Part shown: one piece after another, positions 18,537-29,215 of the stretch
Position numbering within the stretch: position 1 is the stretch's first letter
How the letters are laid out: each line of letters begins with the position of its first letter
Assembly (NCBI GenBank): GCA_963799775.1
Contig: CAWCYD010000003.1
Location: forward strand, 576,001 to 640,000
Direction: 5' to 3'
DNA from: an uncultured archaeon
Lineage (GTDB): Archaea; Thermoproteota; Nitrososphaeria; Nitrososphaerales; Gagatemarchaeaceae
DNA: 64,000 nucleotides
The notes under the pieces: generated by a model
The model's input: the letters and a program-made list of their open reading frames with translations, nothing else
What the model was told of the DNA's origin: nothing
Databases searched by the model: none
Position numbers and translations under genes: made by a program

Positions 18537-21045
18537 TCGTCTCTACCGGCCTGGTCGCTGCGGGGTTCGCAGCGGACGTCGCTGATGCACTCTGTGCGCT
18601 ATTGCTGTTCGGTCCAGTCGTCCCACTGCTGCTGCTTGCTCCGGTCGTCCCGCTGCCGAAGACCAGCGAGCAAATCCGTCTCACGATCGCCTGAACCTCG
18701 GCGTCATCCGAGGTAAGCGCGACGAGAGTCTCGTCGGCGGCTGCCTTGGGGTCGAGCCCGTCGGCGATCAAGGTCGACCAGTTGAGCAGGTCTCCGACAG
18801 AAGGCCCATAGGGCAGGTCTCCGCTCTTGTACCTTTTCCTGCACTCCGCCCCGACGCGTATCACCTTTTCAGCGATGTCCATCGGGATCTTCGCGCGCTC
18901 CGAGACCATCTTGACCTCTCGCTGCGATATCTTCGTCCCGACGCTGAGGTAATCGAAATCTATCCAGACGCTCATGCGCCTCCTGAACGCAGCGTTGAGC
19001 GGCTTTGTGCCCGAGAACTCCGAGGAGTACGGGTTCATGCTGATGACGACGTAGCCGAACTGATGCCTGGGGATCACCTCGTTGTCCTTTTCGTTGAGCA
19101 CCATGTGGCCTCTCGTGTCGAGGATTGGGTTGAGCCTTGTCGCGATGTCCTGTTTCATCATGTTCGCCTCGTCCAGATAGAGGATGCCGCCGTACCTGCA
19201 CCAAGAGACTATCGTCCCGTCGATCCAGTTTTCCTTTCCAAGCCCTACGAACCTCCCGAACATGTCGTAGACCGAGGTCTGGAGACCGCAGTTGATCTCC
19301 CAGAGCGGAAGACCGGCGATCTGTGCGACGAGGTACACGATATGGGTATTGTGGGTCATGACGTTGCCGAAACCTGCTGCAAATGTCTCAGTTCCGGGCA
19401 CCTGAAAGTCGTAAACCCAGCCATCGTAGTCGACCTCCTTCAATTGCTTCACGGAGTCCCATAGAACACCCGACTCCGCGAGCTGAACCAGTTCTGGAGA
19501 ACCCAATTCCGCGGCAATTCTTCCTAGGACGTTTAGCCCTATCATTCCTGTACTCGGATAGAGGCATGAGACCGTCCTCTTGTGGAAGGCCTTAGACTTG
19601 GACTCGGAAGGGAGCGCCTTGTAAGCGCGCTTTGCGATTGCAACCATGTCTGGCGTCACCTTCACCTTCTCGACGTGCCCCCTGTGGTCATCGGCTGTGG
19701 GCATTCCTGCGATCGGAACACCTATCCTCGCTGCACCGTCTCTGGCAATCGCGACGCAGTAGTGGGGGGCGCTCTTCGTCTTCTTCACTCGGACGGTTGG
19801 GAATATTCCAAGCTGCTCTAAGAGAACTATGATGCCGTTTGCGAGGTCATTGCTCGATGTCCCGAACAGCAGTTCAGAGCCCTCTTTCTGCCAGCCGTCC
19901 CCGATGTGGAACCCGCCGAGGAATGCTATCTTTGCGCGTTCGGATGCGGCAAAGATGAAGTCTGGAACTCTCTTGTATCTTGCTTGCGAGCCTTTGCCTG
20001 TCCCCACCCGTTTGCTTACCGTCGCCATTGAAAGCAGCGATACGAACGCCTTGCTGAATATCCTGAGCTCGGTCAGACCGTTTTGCAGTCTGGTCGATGT
20101 ACCGAGTCCTAGGGAGCGCATTAGTTTCTCGCATCTCCCGATCAGAGCGGCGTCTTCCTGGTAGATAGAGGCGAAGCCTTTGCCTATGTATCCCTCTGCG
20201 ACGAAGAAACCGAGGAACCAGCAGAATTCCTCGTTCAGAGGAATCAAGGCTGGGCAGGGAATCTGAATCGTATCCCTTCCGGCGATCACGGCTCCTCTTT
20301 CTGTTAGCTTCGAACCTGGGACGAGATCCTGAATCGCTATCTGCTCGAGGGGAGCTCCTTCGATGGCAGGGACATGGCGCATTACTGGAAGACGAGCGCC
20401 TACCGTCAACGCTTCCCCAGTCACCTCTTCCCGATCGGTGATGAACGAATGCTCCGGAGTCGCTCTGATCACTCGATTTCTGGAAGTCGTAACCTCGAGA
20501 ACCTTCCCCTTGTGGGACGACCGAGCAATGGCGTGTGCCCTCTTCCATGAAACCTTGTCCAAGGCTCTGTCGAGCGACAGTACCCGGAGGTCGACTTTTC
20601 CAAGCAGGAGTGACTCCCAGTGGTCGTCGTCCAACGCCACTGGAAACCTCCTGGACAGCTCGTCGAAGAGAGCATCGATTGTAGTAAGCTTTGGCTTGCC
20701 GTCCAGCAGCACGAAGACAGGCTCGCCCTGGCATACGCTCTTGCCCGTCCCTGAGGGCCCGATTAGAGCAGTCTGCTTGAAGTAGTAGAGGGCGCGCATG
20801 ATCCTCTCCACGTAGCCCTCCCCCTCGTCGACGTAGTCAGGGACCTTCGCAGGTATCATGCTCCTGAGGGCCTCCGGCACGGGGTAGCCGACGCCGAGGT
20901 CGTACTTTGAGACGCCGTACTTTTCTTTTAGCGATTGTTCCCCAGTCCTTGGGGTGACGGAAAGTTTTACAGAAAGCCGGGCTCCCTTGCCCTCAGAAGA
21001 CGTGGTTATGGTGGTCTTTTTGTTGGAATCCTCGGGATTACTCAT
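18523..21045 (-). CDS. MoxR-type AAA+ ATPase (CbbQ/NirQ/NorQ/GvpN-like) containing an intein
   Basis: Walker A GPSGTGK/T interrupted by intein; Walker B ILYLDEAN; SMNP; LNAAFRRR. Confidence 0.92.
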   Translation of the reverse strand: MSNPEDSNKKTTITTSSEGKGARLSVKLSVTPRTGEQSLKEKYGVSKYDLGVGYPVPEALRSMIPAKVPDYVDEGEGYVERIMRALYYFKQTALIGPSGTGKSVCQGEPVFVLLDGKPKLTTIDALFDELSRRFPVALDDDHWESLLLGKVDLRVLSLDRALDKVSWKRAHAIARSSHKGKVLEVTTSRNRVIRATPEHSFITDREEVTGEALTVGARLPVMRHVPAIEGAPLEQIAIQDLVPGSKLTERGAVIAGRDTIQIPCPALIPLNEEFCWFLGFFVAEGYIGKGFASIYQEDAALIGRCEKLMRSLGLGTSTRLQNGLTELRIFSKAFVSLLSMATVSKRVGTGKGSQARYKRVPDFIFAASERAKIAFLGGFHIGDGWQKEGSELLFGTSSNDLANGIIVLLEQLGIFPTVRVKKTKSAPHYCVAIARDGAARIGVPIAGMPTADDHRGHVEKVKVTPDMVAIAKRAYKALPSESKSKAFHKRTVSCLYPSTGMIGLNVLGRIAAELGSPELVQLAESGVLWDSVKQLKEVDYDGWVYDFQVPGTETFAAGFGNVMTHNTHIVYLVAQIAGLPLWEINCGLQTSVYDMFGRFVGLGKENWIDGTIVSWCRYGGILYLDEANMMKQDIATRLNPILDTRGHMVLNEKDNEVIPRHQFGYVVISMNPYSSEFSGTKPLNAAFRRRMSVWIDFDYLSVGTKISQREVKMVSERAKIPMDIAEKVIRVGAECRKRYKSGDLPYGPSVGDLLNWSTLIADGLDPKAAADETLVALTSDDAEVQAIVRRICSLVFGSGTTGASSSSGTTGPNSNSAQSASATSAANPAATRPVETTERP
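19348..20739 (-). mobile_element. Intein with LAGLIDADG homing endonuclease (464 aa) in MoxR Walker A
   Basis: Starts SVCQGEPV; block B ATPEHSF; FLGFFVAEG and FLGGFHIGDG; ends VYDFQVPGTETF..THN; +1 Thr. Confidence 0.93.
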
Positions 21046-21086
21046 CGGTACGAGGTTTAAAAACTTCGGAACTTCTTTTTAAATGA

Positions 21087-21107
21087 TTATGAACCAGCAG
21101 TTCATAA
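21087..21107. promoter_or_regulatory. Perfect 8-5-8 inverted repeat in divergent promoter
   Basis: TTATGAAC-CAGCA-GTTCATAA flanked by TTTAAA boxes on both sides. Confidence 0.6.
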
Positions 21108-21177
21108 CAGTGGTTCGTATACCTTTAAATCGAGTTGAGGGCTCTTTTAATCACTCGCTGGAAGGAATATACTAGAC

Positions 21178-21618
21178 ATGGTAGAGGTAGAAGTCCTGGT
21201 CAAGAACGTCGAGGCCAACCGTCTTAGCGAAGAGACTAGAGACGAGGCCTCGGTCACGTTCGACGTCGCTGCCTCGCTTGCAGAGATGGACCATGTTGCG
21301 GGGCAGTTCCTTCTGAAATACAGCATCACGATCACTTCCCAGCCTCCGGTGGCCAGGATGGACGTGTCGGGCACCGCCAAGATCACCGGGGAGGACAAGG
21401 AGATCGAGGAGCTGTTGAAGTCTCCCGACCAGAACACCCCGCCCCCGGTCTTCATGAGCATCTACCAGAAGGTCTACGCGATCCTCTATCTCCTCTCAGG
21501 CTCTCTGAAGATACCCTACCCCTCTCCAGGCCTCATGAAGGTCGTGAAGATGGCTTCCCCCAATGAGTCGGGGGGGTCAGTAAGGACTGAAGAAAAGGCG
21601 CCGCAGCTATCAGTGTAA
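21178..21618 (+). CDS. Hypothetical protein, possible SecB-like fold
   Basis: Four beta strands then a helix and a KIPYPSP tail, a pattern resembling SecB-like proteins. Confidence 0.55.
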   Translation: MVEVEVLVKNVEANRLSEETRDEASVTFDVAASLAEMDHVAGQFLLKYSITITSQPPVARMDVSGTAKITGEDKEIEELLKSPDQNTPPPVFMSIYQKVYAILYLLSGSLKIPYPSPGLMKVVKMASPNESGGSVRTEEKAPQLSV

Positions 21619-21924
21619 GACGGTCATTCTGGCGGTAGGATACATCATCCCTTCCGCCGCGGCTGTAGGCTCCATGAACACCGACTCCACAGCACAGTAT
21701 TTGTTGAGCAGATTCAGGCCGTCCTCCGTCGCCTGAACGACCAGGCCCGAGGGTGTGTCTTTGCTGGTCAGCATTCCTTTGCTCTCCATGCTGTCCAGGC
21801 ATTCCTTTAGGACGTTCCAAGCCAGGTTGGCCTTGTACATGATCCTCGTCCGTTTCGCTTCCCTCTCCTCGGCGACGACCTTCATGATGTCCATCAAGAC
21901 TTCGAGCTTTGATCTTCGAATCAA
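21610..21924 (-). CDS. Winged-helix regulator (HTH_45-like)
   Basis: RRSKLEVLMDIM..KRTRIMYKANL..LDSMESKGML..TEDG; SD-like GAGGGAG before TTG. Confidence 0.8.
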   Translation of the reverse strand: MIRRSKLEVLMDIMKVVAEEREAKRTRIMYKANLAWNVLKECLDSMESKGMLTSKDTPSGLVVQATEDGLNLLNKYCAVESVFMEPTAAAEGMMYPTARMTVLH

Positions 21925-22509
21925 TTTGAACCACTCCCTCACTGGACGAGAGGAGCGATCTCCTGCTGCGGGAGGGGTTGCGGGACACTCGACCTCGGGT
22001 TGGATCTCTCCTGGTACGAGACGGACGTCCTCGATCAGCCATGGAGAAGGCGCCTGGAGACCGGATGACTCGAAGAGAAGGTAGAGCGTCTCGAAGTTCC
22101 TTCGGTATATCTGCATCGCAATCTCGGATATCTTCTCTTCCCCTAGCGCCTGGAGGTCGGTGACTGATGATATCCTGTCGCTCGTGATCGTAACTTCGCC
22201 ACCCAGCTCGGCTCTTTCTACCGCCGGGTTTGCATCGAGATAGAGCGTGTACTTGAGGCGGAGCCTTCCCTTCACGGTCTCGATCTCCTTGATGTCCGCA
22301 CCCAGGTCGAACGACACCTTGGGAGTCTCGTTCGTGTGGCCGAGGGTCATCCTCGCCACCTTGATCCTGGTGAGAGTGCAGACGAAATCACTGATGTCGA
22401 GTTGTAACGGGACATTTCCGGCGCTGTACATCACCACCAATGAGAGCGTTTCAGAAGTTAAGCGATTTCGCAGGTTACGTGAACATTCGCCCGTCATCTT
22501 CTGGAACAT
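21925..22509 (-). CDS. Paralog of 21178..21618 (possible SecB-like), read in frame into the wHTH; start uncertain
   Basis: VSFDLGADIKE..LRLKYTL..IYRRNFETLYLL..LQAPSP aligns with VTFDVAASLAE..LLKYSI..IYQKVYAILYLL..IPYPSP. Confidence 0.6.
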
Positions 22510-22734
22510 GCCAACTAGAGGCGTCAGCCCTTCTCGACGTGGAATCCTGATGATGACATCCCATTCCTCGAGGTATCATTCGCAATGGCGCAAGCCCGAT
22601 GCTGAGAGGCATGGGAGTGCATTTCTCAATTGAAGAGTCATGAAAGTCTCTGTTCGTGGTTCAAAATAAGAAAAGAGGGGGGATTCCGGCCTTTCCCCCG
22701 TTCTTCGTGTTTTTTCAGCGTGCTGGCGCTGCGA

Positions 22735-23829
22735 CTAGAGGTTGCTCAAGAAGCCGAAGAGCCCTGATAGCCCCCCGAAGCTTCCAAAGCCGAACCCCGA
22801 GTTGCTGTTCTGGCTTGCGCTTCCTTGAAGCTGTGTCGTGAAGGCGAATGCTGGAGATGTCCAGGTGGTTGAGTAGGTTCCTCTGAATTGACCGAGCGCC
22901 CAGTGTCCACTAGATTGGAATCCGGTGTACATGCATGTCGGTACTGGGTAGTCTATCCCAGTCAATGCGGACGAACAGTCCTGTCCTCCGGGAGGAATCG
23001 TCGAGGTGCCGTGGTAGTTCCCGTTCCCATTTAGCGATGGGATTGCGAACCCGGTGAATGTGGTCGTACCCTGGTCGATGGCGTATCCTGTGACTAGGTT
23101 CTCAAACTCGTTCCCAGAGTTGGAAGCAGTTCCCGAAACTGGTGTCGAGCCGAGCGTGCCTGTGACCGGACCGCTTACCTGTGATCCCTGCCAGTAGATG
23201 GTTCCTATGTTGTAGGTTGTCACGATAGTGAGATAGCAACTTGTTGTGTTCGGTATGAGACAGTCCCCTGAGTACATCACGATGGGGCCGCCGAAGGGAT
23301 TGGCGTATGGTGTTTCGATTGCGAGTGGTAGTCCGAATCGCTGTGTGTTGCCTCCCGTGTTCACGTTCAAGTTCGGAGAGTCCGAAATGAAGTAGCCGGG
23401 AAGGGCGTTGTAGCCTGCGGACGCGATGAATTGTGCGTCATCGATCCCAAAGTTTCCGCTTATGGTTATGCTCTGGCCGGATAGAGTTCCGGTCAAGCGC
23501 ATAGCTCCGGCTCCGCTCATGACTCCTGTGTTTTCAGAAGCCACAAAGCCGTACTGAAGCGACGGGTTGGAGAGTGGGACGCCGTTTATCAGGGCGAAGA
23601 CGACCTGGCCACCTGCAACGGTGTAGGTCTGTGCGCCCAAGTCGGTCACTCCTCCCATGGGGTTTGACGTGAGGTTGAGTTGCTGAGGTTGTGTGTAGGC
23701 CAACGCGGGGGCTGCTCCCCCGAGAAGGACGATGATTGCTGTGATTGCCAGCGCTGTTCTGCGTGCTGTTACGTTCATTACCTTGCATAGAGACCTGTTC
23801 GATGTATATCGATTATTGGCGTAATCCAC
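22735..23829 (-). CDS. Secreted G/T/S-rich beta protein
   Basis: Signal peptide RRTALAITAIIVLLGGAAPALA (probable start near 23778); amphipathic C-terminal tail. Confidence 0.75.
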   Translation of the reverse strand: MDYANNRYTSNRSLCKVMNVTARRTALAITAIIVLLGGAAPALAYTQPQQLNLTSNPMGGVTDLGAQTYTVAGGQVVFALINGVPLSNPSLQYGFVASENTGVMSGAGAMRLTGTLSGQSITISGNFGIDDAQFIASAGYNALPGYFISDSPNLNVNTGGNTQRFGLPLAIETPYANPFGGPIVMYSGDCLIPNTTSCYLTIVTTYNIGTIYWQGSQVSGPVTGTLGSTPVSGTASNSGNEFENLVTGYAIDQGTTTFTGFAIPSLNGNGNYHGTSTIPPGGQDCSSALTGIDYPVPTCMYTGFQSSGHWALGQFRGTYSTTWTSPAFAFTTQLQGSASQNSNSGFGFGSFGGLSGLFGFLSNL

Positions 23830-23889
23830 AAAGGAGCAGACTCCGTTTTGGAAGTGGGTTCTTTCACCAGTCTTTCTTTCGAATGGGCG

Positions 23890-24270
23890 CTAATTCGGCT
23901 CTTCCACGACATTCGAGATTATCCCTGACTTTGCGGTCATCTTCTTCTTCAGATTGATTCCCCTGACGTAGCCGCCCCATGTTTCGGCGAATCTGGCCGT
24001 GCCGATGGCGAATATCGAGACCGCCGCGAACAAGGTCGCGTCTCTGATCCCGTTTGTCTGAACGCTGAACATGTTTTCAAAGTCGAAGTATGCCCCCTCG
24101 ATCACCCAGGATGCGAAGAAGATGCCTGAGATGCAGATGGGTATCCACTCGTGCCTGAGCATGCTCAGCTCTTCAATCCTGTAGATCTGCAACATTGTCT
24201 TCACGAGGTAAAAGCCGGGGGCAAGGCAGGTACCCGCTAGCAAGACGTCAAAAAAGACGTTAAGATTCAA
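23890..24270 (-). CDS. Small 3-TM membrane protein
   Basis: Three hydrophobic segments; lies downstream of a KaiC-like gene. Confidence 0.55.
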   Translation of the reverse strand: MNLNVFFDVLLAGTCLAPGFYLVKTMLQIYRIEELSMLRHEWIPICISGIFFASWVIEGAYFDFENMFSVQTNGIRDATLFAAVSIFAIGTARFAETWGGYVRGINLKKKMTAKSGIISNVVEEPN

Positions 24271-24390
24271 ACGGCGAAATACTCAGCGTGATTATTAAAA
24301 GCGTTCTGAACTAGTGGTCTATCCGAATCGGCCCAGGAAGTCCCGTTTTGGGTATCGCGACGCGAAGAAGGGGTTTCTAGACCTGAGACA

Positions 24391-25119
24391 TCATGGGGTA
24401 TACGGCAGTATTTCTACACCATGAGGTGTGAATAGCACGCTGTGGAACTTCCTGCTGTGCTCGGTTCCCCTGAGCTTGCGGATGAGGAATTGCGTCTTGA
24501 TCTCGACGTCCCTGGAGATGTAGTTCCGCAGCTCGAATATCCCATCTGCCACGAACTCTTCGACGCCCGTCTCGACAGGGATCCCTGCTCCCTGAGGCCT
24601 GCTCACCGTCATCAGAGTCGTGACCCCTTCCCGCTTCAGGGTCTTGTAGATGAGATGCATTAGAAAGCTGTAATCGAACTTCTCTTCCGCGCCGCTCATG
24701 AAGGCGGTCAGCGAGTCCACCACCAGCCTCCTTGCGCCGATGTCGTCGAGAGCCTTTAGGAGCGCCTCGATGTTCGAACCCATCCCCCGACCCTCGAGCG
24801 CCTCGAGGTCGAGGAGCTTCACCTTGCCTTCCTTCTCCAGGGCTTCAAAATCCATCCCGAACCGGAGGAGGTTGCGCTTGAGGCTCTTGGTGTCCTCCTC
24901 GAACGTCGCGAACACTGCCTTCTCGTTGAACAGCTTTGCTGAGTTGTATACGAATTGCGAGGAGAAGATAGTCTTACCTGTTCCCATGTCACCCAGAAGC
25001 AAGATGAAGTCGCCTTTTTGGAGCCCCCCCTGAATCAGCGGGTCCAGGCCGGGGATCCCCGTCTTCAGCCTGACTTCTGCGGCAACCGTGGCCAAGATGT
25101 CTACCGCCTGAGTGACCAC
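24391..25119 (-). CDS. KaiC-like (RecA superfamily) ATPase
   Basis: TGIPGLD..GG, GDMGTGKT, ATFEE, VVDS, EEFVADG, KLRGT. Confidence 0.93.
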   Translation of the reverse strand: MVTQAVDILATVAAEVRLKTGIPGLDPLIQGGLQKGDFILLLGDMGTGKTIFSSQFVYNSAKLFNEKAVFATFEEDTKSLKRNLLRFGMDFEALEKEGKVKLLDLEALEGRGMGSNIEALLKALDDIGARRLVVDSLTAFMSGAEEKFDYSFLMHLIYKTLKREGVTTLMTVSRPQGAGIPVETGVEEFVADGIFELRNYISRDVEIKTQFLIRKLRGTEHSRKFHSVLFTPHGVEILPYTP

Positions 25120-25280
25120 CTAAAATACATTGGGAAATTGCAATCTGCTTTGCAAGATTTCCCAACAATGACAGCGCTCGCAGATGATTCGTGCAACATC
25201 AGAGATTCGGGCAACGTTGCGCACGTTTCCATAGGCATAACCTGCAATTTCCAGACATCACATAGGTCCGTGTTGTGATT

Positions 25281-25298
25281 CTCGGATAATTGTCCGAG
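25281..25298. promoter_or_regulatory. Palindromic operator CTCGGATAATTGTCCGAG
   Basis: 16 of 18 positions dyad-symmetric; core ATAATTGTCC recurs at 29282. Confidence 0.5.
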
Positions 25299-25396
25299 TT
25301 TTCGGAGAACGCTCCCGACTTAAGAGCCTTTTAGGAAAAAGGATATGGGATTCATACTGCTTTATTAGCCGAACGTCGAAGTGCGGTCGTCTCACG

Positions 25397-26539
25397 TTGA
25401 TGGAGTTTGAGCGGCTCAAACGCCGCAACCAGGATTATCTCCTCATCGAAACGATAAAACGCGTCGGCCCTTCCAACTACTCCCTCCTTGCGAGGCTCAC
25501 GGGGCTCAACGCCGAAACGGTCAGATACAAGATCAGCAAGCAGCTGGGCAAATACGGCCTGGGTCTCACAGTCAACATCAACTACGGAGAGCTCGGATTC
25601 TCGCTGGGCCTCCTGAAAGTCAAGGCCAACTCGGCGTCAGGCAAATCCTGGTTCGACCACGTGCACTATCTTATGCTCCTCTCGAAAGTTTCGGGCACGG
25701 ACAGATACATCTGCCTCTATGGCATCCCGTACAGGTTCAAGAAGAAGTACGCAGAGGGACTCGAGTTTCTCAAGCAGAAGGGACTCATCGAAGAGTTCGA
25801 GATGACGGAACTCTACTGGATGCGATACCCTCCTTTCAGGTCTGAGCTATACAACTTCGAGACGAAATGTTGGAACGTCGACTGGAAGAAGATCGATTCT
25901 CCCACCCAAGAGGCTGGCGTTACCTCGTTCTCGGTGAACCACGACCCCAAGGTCGACGACGTCGACATCAAGATCCTAAAGTACCTCAAGGAGGATCCGA
26001 CCTACGGCCTCGCCAAGCTGGGCAAGGAGATCGGGGTCAACCCGAGGACGGTGCGATACCACCACTCTGAGCACGTAGTGAAGGGCAACCTCATCATCGG
26101 GAACAACGTCCGGTGGACGTGGCCTCTCCAGCAAGGCAAGGGCGGCGAGATAATGCAGGTGAACGTGGCGTTCAAGGGCCTGCAGCAGGACGAAGTCGCT
26201 GTCGTCCGGAAGCTCTTCAACAAGCTGCCGTTCACGTGGTTCGAGGGAGGGACGGAGAGCAGAGACTACTTCGCCTTCATGGACATCCCGATCTACAGCT
26301 TCCACGAATGCGTCCGATTCATCGAGACAAACCTTGGCGCGACGAGAAGCGAGATGGAGATGTCCATTCTGGACTCCTCGAAGACACAGTACCTCAACGT
26401 CCCCGACGAGATGTTCGACAAGCGCCTCGGGTGGCGGCTCTTCGGCGACAGCGAGCAGGGTGCTCAAGACGTCGCCCCCACGGCGGAGCGTGGCGAGTCG
26501 AGGCAGGTAGGCGAGAGCGAACGGGGAACGGGCCATTGA
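25397..26539 (+). CDS. Tandem Lrp/AsnC-like winged-helix regulator
   Basis: Two HTH motifs (SLLARLTGLNAETVRY; AKLGKEIGVNPRTVRY), each followed by a RAM-like domain. Confidence 0.8.
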   Translation: MMEFERLKRRNQDYLLIETIKRVGPSNYSLLARLTGLNAETVRYKISKQLGKYGLGLTVNINYGELGFSLGLLKVKANSASGKSWFDHVHYLMLLSKVSGTDRYICLYGIPYRFKKKYAEGLEFLKQKGLIEEFEMTELYWMRYPPFRSELYNFETKCWNVDWKKIDSPTQEAGVTSFSVNHDPKVDDVDIKILKYLKEDPTYGLAKLGKEIGVNPRTVRYHHSEHVVKGNLIIGNNVRWTWPLQQGKGGEIMQVNVAFKGLQQDEVAVVRKLFNKLPFTWFEGGTESRDYFAFMDIPIYSFHECVRFIETNLGATRSEMEMSILDSSKTQYLNVPDEMFDKRLGWRLFGDSEQGAQDVAPTAERGESRQVGESERGTGH

Positions 26540-27403
26540 GGCCCCTGAGCATAGTCTACAGAGAGCTGGTTCTTGGTGGACATCTCCTCGCGCTCGGGAC
26601 CGCTAGCATCGCGGCCGCTGCCGCCTACTTCTTCGGGAGAAGCCCCACCTTCGTGCTGCTGTTGATGGCCTACCTCTTCTCGTTTGGCGCGTACATGATG
26701 AACCGGAGCGCGGAGATGGACCAGGACCTTCGTCTCCCACCCAGAGAGGACGAACTACCTCGCGACGCGCAGGAGAGTCCTGCCGGGAGTGGTGGCCGCC
26801 TCCTTCCTAATCGGGTACTCTCTTGCCGCGACGGTCAGCTGGATATTCTTCGCGGCCCTTCTCGTTCCTCTAGCGCTGAGCCTTCTTTACAGCGTCGGTT
26901 CGAAGCGTCTCGTCGGTCTCATCGGGACGGCGAAGCTCAAGCAGAAGATGCTCCTCAAGAACCTGACCATCTCGCTGGGATGGTCGCTGATACCCATTCT
27001 CGTGGGGCTGTACTTCGGAGGCTTCAACACCGCGTTGCTGCTTCTGAGTCCTTTCATCTTCCTGAGGCTCATGACCAACACAATCGTGTTCGATATCCGC
27101 GACACCCAGGGAGACAGGGAGAACGGGATCAAGACTCTCCCCACGGAGCTGGGGGTGCCGAAGGCGTTCAGCGTCGTCGGTCTGATCGATGCCGCGTCGG
27201 CCATCTACCTGATCATCCTGCTAGGTGCTTCTCTCGTGCCGACGTTCGCAGTCACTCTCGTGACGCTTCCAATCTACTCCACGATATATCGGGCCTTCGC
27301 GATGCGGAGCAACGCCAACTTGGCGTTCATCTGCGACGTCGTCGCCGACGCCGAGTACGTGTTATGGGGACCACTGATCTACATTGGCAGGATTATCGCC
27401 TAA
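26536..27403 (+). CDS. UbiA-family prenyltransferase, frameshift near 26730
   Basis: Multi-TM; YMMNRSAEMDQD and FDIRDTQGDRENGIKTLP motifs. Confidence 0.88.
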
Positions 27404-28428
27404 CAAGGAAGGGGCTGAGGAGGCGAAGAGCCTGCAGGAGCCCGGCCAAAACCCACTCATCGCGCGATACAGGCTCGAAGTGGAGAAGCGCCTGACCGAG
27501 ATCTACAGCACGGACAGCTGGATCTCTGCCGCCGCGAGCGAAGCCATCCGCGCCGGCGGGAAGCGCCTGAGGCCCATCCTTGCAGTCCTGACGTGCGAGG
27601 CCATCTGCGGCAATCCGGAGCCCGCGTTCCCGGTCGCCATGGCCTACGAGCTTGCACACGCCGCTTCCCTTATCCAGGACGACATCATCGATGAATCAGC
27701 GGTCCGCCACGGCACCCCCACCACCTTCAACAGGTACGGCATCGCCCGGGCCATAATGCTCTCCGACAGCATGATCTTCGAGATATTCACGCTCCTTTCC
27801 CGCTACGGCGAGAGCGACATGACCAAGGAAGGGCTCGCTCAGCTCCTGGCGCTCCTGGGGCGTGCAGCGAGCTTGGCTGCGGAAGGCGAGATGCTCGAAG
27901 TCGCGCTCTCGAGGCGGGGCGACATAAAGACCGAAGAGTACACCAAGGTGATAGGCCAGAAGACAGGCGCGCTCTTCGCAGCCAGCGCGGCATCCGGGGC
28001 GGTCGTCGCCGACGCAGACAAGGCCCGTAGTCGACAGGATGTACGAGTTTGGAATGGCCCTGGGCGTCGCTTTCCAGTTAGGAGACGACATCCTCGACAT
28101 GACCGGGGACACGAAGGCCACAGGGAAGCCCGTCTTCAAGGACATTGAGAACAACGCGGGCAACATCGTCCTCCTTCACGCTCTCTCAAAGGCAGACGCC
28201 TTCCAAAAGAACACGATCAACTCGCTCCTGTTCAAGAAGTGGTTCACCTCAAACGAGGCCGATAAGCTACTTGCCCTGTTGAAGGAGCTCGGGTCGTTCG
28301 AGTATGCTTCGAACCTACTTGTGCTGCAGGCCTCCCGGTGCCGGATGCTCCTGGAGTCGCTACCCCAATCTCATGCGAAAAACGCGCTGGACGACCTGAT
28401 CAAGACCGTAGAAGTAAGGAGGCAGTGA
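27384..28428 (+). CDS. Polyprenyl diphosphate synthase (IdsA/GGPPS family), frameshift near 28022
   Basis: GGKRLRP, FARM QDDIIDES..RHG, KTGALF, SARM FQLGDDILD. Confidence 0.93.
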
Positions 28429-28437
28429 CAAGAGGCC

Positions 28438-29160
28438 ATGTCTGAACGTTTAGTTGAAATAGGCACCGGGGGAACCGGGAAAGGCAAGTTGAGCAGCCCC
28501 GCCAGGATACCAACTGGTATCGAAGGCCTCGACAACCTGATTGAAGGCGGCCTGATCCGAGGTGACATGCACCTCCTTGCAGGCGCTCCGGGAACGGGCA
28601 AGACCATCTTAGCTTCGACTTTTGCTTACAACGCAGTTACGCAACACGCGGAGAAGGCCGTCTACGCCACATTCGAGGAGTCGACCGAGTACCTCCAGCG
28701 GAACATGAAGAAGCTAGGGATCGACCTCGCAGCGGCTGAAAGGGCAGGGAACCTCAAGGTCATAGACCTCGACGCCTTGAAAGGAAAGGAACTGGAGAGC
28801 AACATCGCGCTCCTGGTTTCTGCGGTGAAGGAGACGAAGAGCACAATCCTGGTCATCGACTCTTTGACAGCATTACTTCTCGCCTCAGAAACAAGGTTCG
28901 AGCTCAGGGCATTCATGAAGAGCGTCTACAAGACTCTCAAGAACGAAGGCGTCACGACTTTGATGACGATAAGCGTGACCCCTGGGACTGGTTTTGGGAT
29001 AGAGGGCTTCGTGGCTGACTCTGTGATGCTCCTCGAGAACGTGGTGGACAAGGACCAGTTCAAGACAAGACTGCTCGTCTTGAAGATGAGAGGGACGGAG
29101 CACAGCAAGCGCTACCACAACGTCAGCTACGCCCCGAAGATGTCCGTGTCAAAGTACTAG
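28438..29160 (+). CDS. KaiC-like ATPase
   Basis: TGIEGLD, GAPGTGKT, ATFEE, VIDS, KMRGT. Confidence 0.93.
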   Translation: MSERLVEIGTGGTGKGKLSSPARIPTGIEGLDNLIEGGLIRGDMHLLAGAPGTGKTILASTFAYNAVTQHAEKAVYATFEESTEYLQRNMKKLGIDLAAAERAGNLKVIDLDALKGKELESNIALLVSAVKETKSTILVIDSLTALLLASETRFELRAFMKSVYKTLKNEGVTTLMTISVTPGTGFGIEGFVADSVMLLENVVDKDQFKTRLLVLKMRGTEHSKRYHNVSYAPKMSVSKY

Positions 29161-29215
29161 CCAGATGGCCCGGTACTCGACACAAGATCCTGCCTCGCAA
29201 ATACGGGACGACTAG

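Noticed and set aside
18523-21045. Gas vesicle GvpN or Rubisco activase CbbQ assignment
   Set aside because: No gvp, cbb or nor genes in the window; only a family-level call is supported.
21610-22509. Novel SecB-like/wHTH fusion protein
   Set aside because: An SD-like sequence and TTG precede the wHTH, and indels are common in this assembly, so the fusion may be an artefact.
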